From a bacterium (GTDB taxonomy: Bacteria; Zhuqueibacterota; Zhuqueibacteria; Zhuqueibacterales; Zhuqueibacteraceae), in the NCBI GenBank assembly GCA_044869275.1, contig JBIOXB010000141.1, positions 1 to 13,415 of the forward strand: DNA of 13,415 bases, written 5' to 3'. Below the pieces are notes generated by a model. It saw only the letters and a list, made by a program, of their open reading frames with translations, was not told the DNA's origin and did no database searches. The position numbers were made by a program, and so were the translations under genes. This document shows, piece after piece, positions 1 through 8,500 of this stretch (position 1 is the first letter of the stretch; every line of letters starts with the position of its first letter).

Positions 1-68
1 GGATTTTCGCGGATTTTTTATTTTTGCTTTATCCGTGTGAATCCGTCTAATCCGTGTGATCCGTGTTC
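1..68. repeat. Palindromic short-period repeat element (GGAT/ATCCGT family), left arm cut by window edge
   Basis: ATCCGT at 31, 41, 50 and 59 (9-10 bp period), facing complementary GGAT/CGGAT at 1 and 10 across a T-rich spacer. Confidence 0.75.
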
Positions 69-188
69 AAGAAAATGGCCAAAAAACTTTTGGAATTTTA
101 TTCTATGTTTGGTTCTTTAAGCGCCTAACTCCCCTATTACTTTGGAAATGGACATTATCCCTCACCACCACCCCTCCTCGGAGGTTCT

Positions 189-575
189 ATGAAGCGAGTC
201 ACTGGCATTGGCGGCATCTTCTTCAAAGCCAAAGACGCTCCGGCACTACAGGCTTGGTACAAGCGGCACCTCGGAATCGATGTCCAAGAATGGGGTGGCA
301 CGGCTTTCACCTGGACCGACGGTGAAGGTAAGCCGGTCGCCGGAACAACCATCTGGTCCATTGGTTCGGCGCAAGGTGACCACTTTGCGCCCAGCACTGC
401 AACTTTCATGGTCAATTACCGGGTGGAGGATCTCCACGCCCTGGTTAAAGTCTTACGCGAAGAAGGCTGCAACGTTCTCGAGAAAATTGACGATTCCGAG
501 TACGGGAAGTTTGCCTGGGTCATCGATCCAGAAGGAAACAAGGTAGAACTTTGGCAACCGCCTGCCGGCCAATGA
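189..575 (+). CDS. VOC (glyoxalase/bleomycin-resistance) family protein, 128 aa
   Basis: MKRVTGIGGIFFKAKD start, NYRVEDL and GKFAWVIDPEGNKVELWQP VOC motifs; GGAGG at 180-184; followed by an attC left half. Confidence 0.92.
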   Translation: MKRVTGIGGIFFKAKDAPALQAWYKRHLGIDVQEWGGTAFTWTDGEGKPVAGTTIWSIGSAQGDHFAPSTATFMVNYRVEDLHALVKVLREEGCNVLEKIDDSEYGKFAWVIDPEGNKVELWQPPAGQ

Positions 576-606
576 CCAGGGTAATCGGCCTCAGCACGAA
601 TCTGCG

Positions 607-650
607 GCCTAACCCTTCGGTCAGGCCGACCCGCTCCGGGCTGCGCCCTC
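607..650 (+). mobile_element. Truncated integron attC site (left half only)
   Basis: R'' GCCTAAC (607-613), 5-nt spacer CCTTC, L''-like GGTCAGGCCGAC, GC-rich inner sequence, then an abrupt join to hydrolase codons with no L'/R'. Confidence 0.72.
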
Positions 651-906
<256 letters not shown>

Positions 907-947
907 AAGAACCCCGGCTATAGAAGGGTTCGAATGGATGAAATGAA

Positions 948-965
948 GCCTAACACGCGTTGGGC
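948..965 (+). mobile_element. Collapsed attC site (R'' and R' boxes only)
   Basis: GCCTAAC-ACGC-GTTGGGC: RYYYAAC and GTTRRRY boxes separated by 4 nt, lying between two same-strand ORFs. Confidence 0.68.
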
Positions 966-981
966 TGCCGATTGAATAGTT

Positions 982-1668
982 ATGTTGAAAATCGTCACGT
1001 GGAATTGTTGCAGAGGTCAGCCGGAGGCAAAGCTGCCGCACCTCGCGGGCTTCCGGCCGGATGTGGCTTGCATCCAAGAAATAGCGCGACCCATTCGGCG
1101 AGAGCGCCAATCCATCATTTGGTGCGGGGACAATCTTTACCAAGGCCTGATGGTAATGGCTGGCGGCAAGTTTCGCTTAGTGCCCGTTGGCCGTAAGCCG
1201 ATTCGGGCCAAGCACTTCTTGCCAGTTCAAATCGAGGGCCCAGTGAAATTCAACGTGTTGGGCGCTTGGGCAAAACCGGCCGACCGCCGCCCGCTCTACG
1301 TGACGACGTTGTTACGGGGCCTGGCAGCTTATCGCGACTTTATCCAGTCGGCGCCGACAATCTTCATCGGTGATCTGAACACAGAGAATTTTCTGTCTGC
1401 AGGCGATCCACACATGAAATTGGTTGAGGTGTTGCGGCGAGAATTCGGATTAGTCAGCGCGTATCATGAGTATTATGGTGAAGAGCACGGGCGCGAGTCG
1501 CGCCACACCTATTTTGATCGGACCAAACAAGGAAGGCCGTATCATATCGACTACTGCTTTATGCCCATATCCTGGTTGCCATATCTCCAGACGGTAACGG
1601 TTGGAACACAGCGTAGGTTTGGTGGGGTTAGCGATCATGTTCCCCTCCTCCTGGAATTCAAGCTTTGA
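982..1668 (+). CDS. Endonuclease/exonuclease/phosphatase (EEP, ExoIII-like) family protein, 228 aa; gene cassette
   Basis: Motifs [21 protein letters not shown] and SDHVPL all present; bounded by GTTGGGC (959-965) and its exact complement GCCCAAC (1680-1686). Confidence 0.92.
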   Translation: MLKIVTWNCCRGQPEAKLPHLAGFRPDVACIQEIARPIRRERQSIIWCGDNLYQGLMVMAGGKFRLVPVGRKPIRAKHFLPVQIEGPVKFNVLGAWAKPADRRPLYVTTLLRGLAAYRDFIQSAPTIFIGDLNTENFLSAGDPHMKLVEVLRREFGLVSAYHEYYGEEHGRESRHTYFDRTKQGRPYHIDYCFMPISWLPYLQTVTVGTQRRFGGVSDHVPLLLEFKL

Positions 1669-1679
1669 GACCTTCGGCA

Positions 1680-1701
1680 GCCCAACCACCGCGTGCAGAC
1701 G
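1680..1701 (+). mobile_element. Truncated attC site (left half) of the EEP cassette
   Basis: R'' GCCCAAC, spacer CACCG, L''-like CGTGCAG, starting 12 nt after the stop codon; right half missing. Confidence 0.7.
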
Positions 1702-1721
1702 TTTGTTTCAGATGAATCGCT

Positions 1722-2120
1722 ATGATAATTAGATGGCTGACAACGCATATTATTTGGTTAAGTATTCTCATAGGGGGAAGCAATCAGCCCTTGCAAGCAC
1801 AACTCGATACCAGTAGCTTTCCACTCACGATTGGGAATAAGTGGTTTTATCGTCACACGTCATCGCGAGTGCCGTTACCAATCGTCCTCGTTAAGACTAT
1901 TGTTGATACCACACAAGATGGTACTCGCATAGTGCATGTTAGACGACATAATGAAGACAGTACGTTATCTACTGAACTCTGGGCTGTAAAAACTGGCTCA
2001 TTCTATGTCAATAGGTTTCAAAACCTTCCGATCTACGACTCCGCACTCGCGCATGATACAACGTGGGGTCTTTATGGAAATACTTTTTCGTATAAGCTGA
2101 TGCAGGTGACGCTTTTGGGG
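1722..2120 (+). pseudogene. 3'-truncated predicted secreted protein (end approximate; open frame runs on to 2315)
   Basis: Signal-peptide-like N-terminus ending LQA-Q, then FPLTIGNKWFY; AT-richer than its neighbours. After about QVTLLG the translation looks non-proteinaceous and overlaps the next gene out of frame. Confidence 0.5.
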
Positions 2121-2202
2121 CCAAATTTAGCCGCGCACCACATCCCAGAATCACAAACAATCGAATGTAATCCAGAACCGACACGGAACAGGAGGAATGA
2201 CG

Positions 2203-2661
2203 ATGATTGCAGGCGCAAAATATGGTCACACGAATCTAATCGCGAACGATTGGAGATCGCTGGCGCGGTTCTACGAAGAGCAATTTGGCTGCACGCCGGT
2301 TCCACCAGAACGTGATTTCAAAGGGCGAGACCTTGAGCGTGGGACGGGGATACCTGGAGCTGAACTGCGAGGTGTGCACCTCCGGTTACCGGGGCACGGC
2401 GGAGAGCGACCGACGCTTGAGATCTTTAATTACAACATTCTCAAGGACAGGCCGGAAGTGGCGGTGAATCGACCGGGATTTGGGCACATTGCATTTGTGG
2501 TGAACGATGTGCATACGGCGCGCGAGGCAGTGTTGGCAGCTGGCGGAGGAGGGGTTGGAGAAATAGTCACATTGACTACAGCAGCAGGAACGAAAGTGAC
2601 GTGGGTGTATGTGACGGATCCGGAGGGAAACGTGATTGAACTGCAATCATGGTCGAAATAG
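2203..2661 (+). CDS. VOC (glyoxalase) family protein, 152 aa
   Basis: YGHTNLIA, TLEIF, GFGHIAFVV and YVTDPEGNVIELQ metal-ligand motifs. GGAGG at 2191-2195 favours ATG 2203 over 2197. Confidence 0.92.
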   Translation: MIAGAKYGHTNLIANDWRSLARFYEEQFGCTPVPPERDFKGRDLERGTGIPGAELRGVHLRLPGHGGERPTLEIFNYNILKDRPEVAVNRPGFGHIAFVVNDVHTAREAVLAAGGGGVGEIVTLTTAAGTKVTWVYVTDPEGNVIELQSWSK

Positions 2662-2708
2662 ATCAGAAATATTGACCGATTGCAGAATGCGATGGTCAAT
2701 GAGAGACG

Positions 2709-2802
2709 GCACAACACAGCATGCAGCCGACGTCCATGGCCGCTGGAAAATCGATCCGCCGCAAGGCTCCGGCCATGTGCGCGGCTGATGCTTACGTTGC
2801 AC
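2709..2802 (+). mobile_element. Near-complete integron attC site (94 bp)
   Basis: R'' GCACAAC (2709-2715); GCATGCAGCCG pairs with CGGCTGATGC leaving one extrahelical base; inner stem CATGGCCG (2735-2742)/CGGCCATG (2770-2777); R' GTTGCAC (2796-2802). The R-L spacers look 1 nt shorter than the usual 5/6. Confidence 0.78.
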
Positions 2803-2878
2803 ATCCGGAAACCAAATAGGCAGGAAACGTGCACGACTATGAAAGCTTCAAATCCGAAGAGACGATAAAGAATAAGTC

Positions 2879-3064
2879 ATGAGCAAAACAAAACTAAATG
2901 AGATAACAAAGCGTTTCGAGGAACGAAAAGAAGGCGGTTTTTCTGTTGAACTTTTCAAAATGGATACGGGGATGAGATTTGCGCTAATACCATCGTGGTT
3001 GTTTCATGGGTTATTTGCGATGACTACTCTTGTCTTAGTATTTTTGTTAATTCGGAAAACATAA
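2879..3064 (+). CDS. Small hypothetical membrane protein or cassette remnant, 61 aa
   Basis: AT-rich ORF with a hydrophobic C-terminal segment, directly after the attC. An upstream ATG (2839) mini-ORF suggests a damaged longer gene. Confidence 0.4.
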   Translation: MSKTKLNEITKRFEERKEGGFSVELFKMDTGMRFALIPSWLFHGLFAMTTLVLVFLLIRKT

Positions 3065-3074
3065 AGTTGAGTTA

Positions 3075-3104
3075 GTGCAAGAATAAGTTTTAGAGCCGGA
3101 ACGG
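3075..3104 (+). mobile_element. Possible degenerate attC left half
   Basis: GTGCAAG (3075-3081) is one mismatch from GTGCAAC, the complement of the upstream R' GTTGCAC; it starts 11 nt after the stop and is followed by TAGAGCCG. Confidence 0.4.
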
Positions 3105-3110
3105 AGTTTT

Positions 3111-3269
3111 GTGGTGAATACAAGCTTTGCCGGCAGTTGGCGCGACATGCCCGACGAAATATACATGGAGTTCATCAACGATGTGACGAAACGCCGGCAA
3201 ACAGCGTTTTCTGAAAATCACTTCGAGAGAATCGAAGGCCTGGAAATAGGAAATTGGAGTACATCATAA
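3111..3269 (+). pseudogene. In-frame fusion of an antitoxin-like C-terminal half and a VapC (PIN) C-terminal tail
   Basis: Manual translation: VVNTSFAGSWRDMPDEIYMEFINDVTKRRQTAFS-ENHFERIEGLEIGNWSTS*. HFxRIxGLxIxNW is the typical VapC end. Too short for the ORF track. Confidence 0.65.
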
Positions 3270-3290
3270 TTCGAATGATGTACCTTTTTT

Positions 3291-3524
3291 ATGAATCCTC
3301 ACGCAAAAAATGTCAAAGCGTTGGACGATTATCAACTTGCGCTGGAATTTGAAAATTATGAGGGCTGGCGAATTTTCGATATGAAGCCCTATTTAAATCG
3401 TGGTATTTTTGTCCGGCTGCAAGATCGCGCTCTGCTTCAAGCGGCGCGAGTGGTGGCGGGTTCGTTGGAAAGCCGCCCCGCGGAGGCTATTGACTTCCAG
3501 ATGGCGGAAGCTTTGTCAACGTGA
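3291..3524 (+). pseudogene. DUF2442-family (TA-associated) protein, 3'-truncated at about 3470
   Basis: VKALDDYQLALEFEN...RIFDMKPYLNRGIF...ARVVAGSLE matches the DUF2442 pattern, but the expected W-P-x-x-x-D-L tail is replaced by unrelated sequence. Confidence 0.7.
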
Positions 3525-3704
3525 AGAAGTTAGATTACGGTAAATGAACATCCGATTCCCTTGCTGTTTCAACATAATTTCAGTTCGAAATGTTTTCTGC
3601 CGGAAAATACAAAGTCGTTTGGGAGGCCGGCGACAAATCACCGGAAATTTGTTGTTCTTGATTGCAAATGTTGATTTTTCAGACATGAAACAGCTTGTTT
3701 TGCA

Positions 3705-3734
3705 TTGCATTACATTCAAATGCTTTGCTATATT
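3705..3734 (+). promoter_or_regulatory. Putative sigma70 promoter
   Basis: TTGCAT (3705-3710), 18-nt spacer, extended -10 TGcTATATT (hexamer 3729-3734). Confidence 0.45.
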
Positions 3735-3762
3735 ATTACATAGAAGGTTCGGTAGATGTCGG

Positions 3763-3906
3763 GGTGTTCAGACAATCAGTATAGGAACACTAAAAGAATC
3801 TTTGATTCATCCTCGAGAAGTATTCAAAGCTGCAATACTTGCCAATGCGCACGCAATAATTGTGGGGCATAATCACCCAAGCGGAGATGCAACCCCAAGC
3901 AAATAG
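3763..3906 (+). pseudogene. radC: RadC/JAB-domain internal fragment
   Basis: [46 protein letters not shown] is the RadC signature; it stops before the final Asp of the JAMM motif and has no N-terminus. Confidence 0.85.
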
Positions 3907-3983
3907 GGCAGCCTCTCGACGATATTGATCTACTCATCGCCGGTATTGCAATCTCCAACAATTTTGTGCTATATTCCTATTGA
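3897..3983 (+). pseudogene. vapC: VapC/PIN toxin internal fragment joined to the radC fragment
   Basis: Manual translation [25 protein letters not shown], matching the PIN DLLIAxxA motif. Confidence 0.7.
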
Positions 3984-4051
3984 GTTGATCTTGCAGATTA
4001 CCCCAAGTCGACTCTCAATGAAGATGATAATAAAGTAAGGAAAAATTGAAC

Positions 4052-4279
4052 ATGTCCACCATTGAGCATGTGACTTTCTCGGAATTGGAGAAACTCTTGC
4101 GCACCTTGGCATTGCCGCCTGATACCCGCTTGACGGTAACTTTTGAAGACAAGGAAGCGACGCAAAGAGCCTTGAATAGGCAAAAAGCCTTGGAAGCAAT
4201 GAAACGGCTCAAAGGATCAGGCAATGGCAAGCTCGTCGCCACTTTATTATCGGAAAGAGAACGAGACGCCTTGTTATGA
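4052..4279 (+). CDS. Putative VapB-like antitoxin, 75 aa
   Basis: Small ORF with AAGGA at 4037-4041; ATGA overlap with the downstream PIN gene; antitoxin-like tail LKGSGNGKLVATLLSERERD. Confidence 0.75.
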   Translation: MSTIEHVTFSELEKLLRTLALPPDTRLTVTFEDKEATQRALNRQKALEAMKRLKGSGNGKLVATLLSERERDALL

Positions 4280-4709
4280 ACAAATATGTTTTGGATACTT
4301 CTGCGTTACTTGCCTTTATCGAAAACGAAGAAGGTGCTTCCGAAGTGGAAGAATTATTTAGGCAAGCGCTCGACGATAAGGTCGAGATTTCTATTTCAGT
4401 CATCAGTTGTATAGAAGCTGGATATGTTTCATGGAAGGAACAAGGCGAGAGAGTCGCTCGCGAGCGATTGCAGTTGACAGACGATTTACCTGTGTCGCAG
4501 GAAGCAGTAGATGAACGCTTGATAGAAATAATCGCAGGAATTAAGGCAACATGAGCGATGTCCTGTCCTTTGCTGATAGTTGTATTGCAGGTCTCGCAAA
4601 ATTCAAGCAGGCAAAACTGGTTCATAAAGATCCGGAATACGAACAGATCCAAAATGACATCGAGCAGTTAAAGCTGCCTTATAAGCAGGACACCAAGCAT
4701 GAACTTTAG
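4276..4709 (+). pseudogene. vapC: VapC/PIN toxin disrupted by a nonsense codon and a 5-bp duplication
   Basis: YVLDTSALLA N-terminus; in-frame TGA at 4552-4554; TGTCC duplicated (4559-4563, 4564-4568); shifted frame continues SFADSCIAGLAK...LVHKDPEYE...LPYK to TAG at 4707-4709. Confidence 0.88.
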
Positions 4710-4711
4710 CA

Positions 4712-5081
4712 ATGAACATCCGTCCAATCAAAAATGATGCAGATTATCAAGCCGCGCTTGTGGAAATAGAGCGTTTGTTCGAAGCCGCACCTGGTTCACC
4801 GGTGAGCGATCGTTTAGAGATATGGACTACGCTCGTTGAGGCTTACGAGGAACGGAAATACAGCATTCCGCCGCCAGACCCGATCGCAGCTATCAAGTAT
4901 CATATGGAAAGCCGCGGGTTTGTCTTCTCGTGAGTTGGAGCCGCATCTTGGGGACAGTGCAACAGTCGCAGAAGTGCTCAATCGCAAGCGTGCTTTAACG
5001 ATAGATATGATACGCCGGCTGCATACCGGGCTGGGCATTTCAGCGGAGGTCCTTATTCAATCCTACTCCCTGGCTGCTTAG
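4712..5081 (+). pseudogene. higA: HigA-type HTH antitoxin with a 1-nt insertion frameshift near 4916-4921
   Basis: MNIRPIKNDADYQAAL...PPPDPIAAIKYHMESRG continues in another frame as LSSRELEPHLG...VAEVLNRKRALTIDMIRRLHTGLGISAEVLI. No higB upstream. Confidence 0.85.
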
Positions 5082-5155
5082 GGGAATTGCTCATCCTGGC
5101 TCTTAACGGGCAAGCTTGGCGGTTCCAACTTCTTTGTGCAGCAAAGAAATTTGTC

Positions 5156-5184
5156 TTGACATTTCCCGTGTATTTTTTTACAGT
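5156..5184 (+). promoter_or_regulatory. Putative sigma70 promoter directed toward the CHAT gene
   Basis: TTGACA (5156-5161), 17 nt, TACAGT (5179-5184). Confidence 0.5.
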
Positions 5185-5338
5185 CTCTCCGAAATTCTTG
5201 CAGGAACAGGGCTCCCCTCTTTGCCGCCACACTGAAAGCTCCGCGATGATCATTCCAAAACTCGCCTTTATCTCTTGTAAGAAGCTTTGTAGTTTTCAGC
5301 TCCATTCAGAACATGATTATGAGAACCTGGCAAAAAAA

Positions 5339-5417
5339 CTCATGCAGAGCCGCGCCAAGAGCGCAGAGCTGGCCTTAAAGCATTTGCTCTGCGAAGCTCT
5401 GCGTCTCTCTGCGTGAG
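5339..5417. repeat. Palindromic 10-bp-period repeat element (CGCAGAG/CTCTGCG family)
   Basis: CTCTGCG at 5387, 5397 and 5407; complementary left arm CTCATGCAGAG (5339-5349) ... GCGCAGAGC (5361-5369). Confidence 0.75.
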
Positions 5418-5478
5418 GCTTATTGGCTGCGGGCCCAAAGTCGACAAACCCTTTAGCGGCTTGTCCGAAAAAATGAAC

Positions 5479-5547
5479 TTGACACAGATCAAAAAACCAC
5501 ACGGATAGATAGACACAATTCCGCGTGGTTTTTTAATCCGTGTGCAA
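5479..5547. repeat. Imperfect inverted repeat (ATCCGTG-related) upstream of the CHAT gene
   Basis: CACAGATCAAAAAACCACACGGA (5483-5505) versus TCCGCGTGGTTTTTTAATCCGTG (5520-5542): 20 of 23 complementary. Confidence 0.8.
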
Positions 5548-5580
5548 AAACTTTTTTAAAGCAACTCTGGGGAGAATCAA

Positions 5581-8500
5581 ATGCCATCTATACAATCCCA
5601 GCCAAACACCGCCTGGGCCTTCATCAGCAGTGTTCTTCTTTGCAACATGATGGTGCACTTGGGGTGCACCCAGAAACCATCCGTCAAAACACAATACCAG
5701 CAGGTGCTTCTGGCAACAGGTTCAAATGACTGCGACAAGGCCATTGTACTCTGCAAGAAAATCATTTCCCAAGACCCCGCCTTTACGCCCGCGTACAAAA
5801 AACTCAGCCAGGCCTATCGCGACGCCAAACGTGCGGATGAAGCCATCTCTTACTTCGACTCTCTGCGTGCCGCGCAGCCGCAAAATGCCAATGCCTATTT
5901 GGGGCTCGGGCTTGCTTATGTTGCCGAAGAAAAGTATGAAACAGCGCTGGAAAATTATCCAACTGCCATCTCGTTGGCGCCACAACAGCCGGAAACATAT
6001 GCCGCACTCGTGGAGGCCTATGCAAAAATAAAAAAACGGAGCGAAGCTCTCGGCCGGCTCCGAGATTTGACCGCCGCATATCCCCATTTGGCCGCGCCCC
6101 ATTATGGCCTGGGTTATGCCTATTATGAAACTCAAACCCATTGGCAGGAATGTTTCGCGGCGCTGGCTCAGGCCACGGCTTTGGACTCCACCCTTCTCGA
6201 TGCCTACCGTCTGTGGGGAAACGGCTGCCTGCAAATCAACGACGAGGCCGCGGCGTTGCCGATTTTTGAGAAAGGGTTGCGCCTAACACAAGCGCAAAAT
6301 GATCTGGAATTTCAAAGTACTTTTGCCGGCAGCCTGGGGCTCGTCTACAAACGGTTGGGCAAGGATGATTTAGCTTTGGAGCGATTCAACCAAGCCGCGG
6401 CCTTGGCGCGCAGCACCGGTTATAAAACCAATGAGGCCGCCCTATATGGCAATATAGCGGCAATTTATCGGAACCGTGGCGAGCTGGAGCGCGCCATCGA
6501 GCACTACCACCGGGCCAGAGAGCTTCACCGGCAGGCCAAGTCATTAGTGGGTGAAGGCAATCAACTGAACAATCTCGGCAATCTTTATCATGAAGAATTC
6601 GGCGATCCGCAACAGGCCTTGCAATATTATGAAGAAGCGTTGCGGCTTTTTCGCCAGGCGGAGAATGCCGGCGCCATGGCCGAGGCGCTTGCCAATCTGG
6701 CCATGGTTCATCGTGAGCTGGGGGAATATGAGCAAGCCCTGGCCGAGAACGCAGAGGCTCTATCTCTGGCTGAAACAACCTCCCGGCGCCGGGTGCAAGC
6801 CAACGTTCTGGCCAATCGCGCGCTCCTTCATGCCGATCTCGCCGACACCGCGGCGGCCTTTCGCGACAATCGCGCGGCTCTGGCGCTGTACCGGCAAATG
6901 GGCGACATAGCCAAAGCCTCCGGCATGCTGGGTAATCAGAGCATATGGTATCGTGCGGCAGGAAACTATACGCTGGCTCTGCTACGCGCCCGGGAAGCAC
7001 TAACGCTCGTGCGCGCAGGCGGACAGAACAAAGCGCAGGAAGCCCTGGCACTGAATGCCGCCGGCATGACCTACAGCGCCATCGGCCAACCTCGCCGCGC
7101 GCTTTCGCTCTTTCATGAATCGCTGACATTGGCAGAAGTGGCGCGAGATACCTCCACCCAAGCCGGTGCCCTGGGCAATATCGCTCTGATGTATTCACAT
7201 CTAAGCCAGCCGGACAGCGCCCTGATTTATTATCGCCAGGCGCTGACACGCACTCGCCGGCGCACAGATGCGGAATATCAATCCCTGCTTTTCGCAAACA
7301 TGAGCCTGGCCCAGGGCGCTCTCCAGCGCTACCAGGCTGCGCTGGATACCGCCAAACTCGGGTTAAGCCTGGCCGAAAAAATTCATCACCCGGCCAGGCA
7401 GGGCATTTGCCTGAGGGCGGTTGGCTCGATGCATCTCAAACTGAAAAACTACGACGCCAGCCTGCGCGCCTTCCGCCGTTCGGGTGAGATTTACCAAAAG
7501 ATCGGCCAGCCGGTAGGGATTTGGCATGCTCATGCCGGGCAAGCTCGAGTCCATAAAGCGCGCCTGGAATACGCCCAAGCGATCGCAAGCTATCAAGCAG
7601 CGATTGCCACGATTGAAAAGGTGCGCGGTGGATTATTGGGTGAAGAGCAGCGCGGTGGCTTCTGGCAGGATAAGATGGAAGTTTATACCGAACTGGTCGA
7701 GGTATTTGCACGTCCTGCCCAGAACGATAGCGCGGCAACGTACGCCGGCAGAGCTCTGTATTACGCCGAGAGAGCTAAAGCTCGTGTGCTGCTTGATTTG
7801 TTGTCGCGTGGGAAGGTTTTTGAAAAATCGCCTGAGGCCATGCTGCGGGCTTATGTGACTTTGGGTAAACGCATACAGGCCCAATACGCCGTTATTGAGC
7901 GCGAGTTGTCCATGGACAAGCCCAATCAAAAATTCGTTGAAAACCTTGAAGGGGAGATCGAAGATCTACGCGTCCAGCAGGATTCCCTCGGCCTCACCAT
8001 ACAAAGGCAAAATTCGCATGAGGTGCCGGCGGTTCTAACCCTTGCAAGTATTCAACATCAAGTGCTTGCATCCGGCCAGGCGCTGCTTGAGTATCTGATC
8101 GGCGAAGAAGATTCATTTGTATGGCTAGTGACGAGAGACTCCTACATTTTTCAACCTCTCGGCCTCGGCCGCAAGCAGCTCCTGGAGCGCCTCGGCGCTG
8201 TCAGTCCGCTTCTTATCTCTCAAGAAGACTCCACTACTTCCGGCCAAAAGCCGCGATCTCCCATTACAGCTCACACCGAAGCCGCCTTCAGCTTTCCTGC
8301 ATTGCACGAACTCTATCAAGCTCTGATTCCCCAAACGCTGGAAAAGCACTTGCCGCTTCATACCGAACTCGTCATCGTGCCTGATGACGTCCTGTTCTAC
8401 CTTCCTTTCGAGATTCTGGTCACTCATATGCACGAGGGCCAGGCAGAGTATTTGATCGAAAAACACCCCATTTCTTATTCCTCGTCCGCCAGCCTCCTCG

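Noticed and set aside
2680..2868. 62-aa ORF
   Set aside because: It is mostly a translation of the attC site.
3544..3906. Full 120-aa RadC protein
   Set aside because: The first 73 codons cross AT-rich promoter-like DNA; only 3763 onward resembles RadC and the metal motif is incomplete.
4552..4554. Selenocysteine or TGA read-through in vapC
   Set aside because: A frameshifting duplication follows within 10 nt, and TGA serves as the normal stop for other genes here.
4912..4925. Programmed frameshift in higA
   Set aside because: GGGTTTG is not a canonical slippery heptamer; a 1-nt insertion or a sequencing error is simpler.
5185..5470. Known riboswitch or tRNA in the long CHAT leader
   Set aside because: No recognisable consensus by eye; an Rfam search would be needed to exclude it fully.
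5053..5502. ORFs 5087-5416 (+), 5053-5253, 5078-5305 and 5317-5502 (-)
   Set aside because: They run through promoter-like and palindromic repeat DNA and have no protein motifs.
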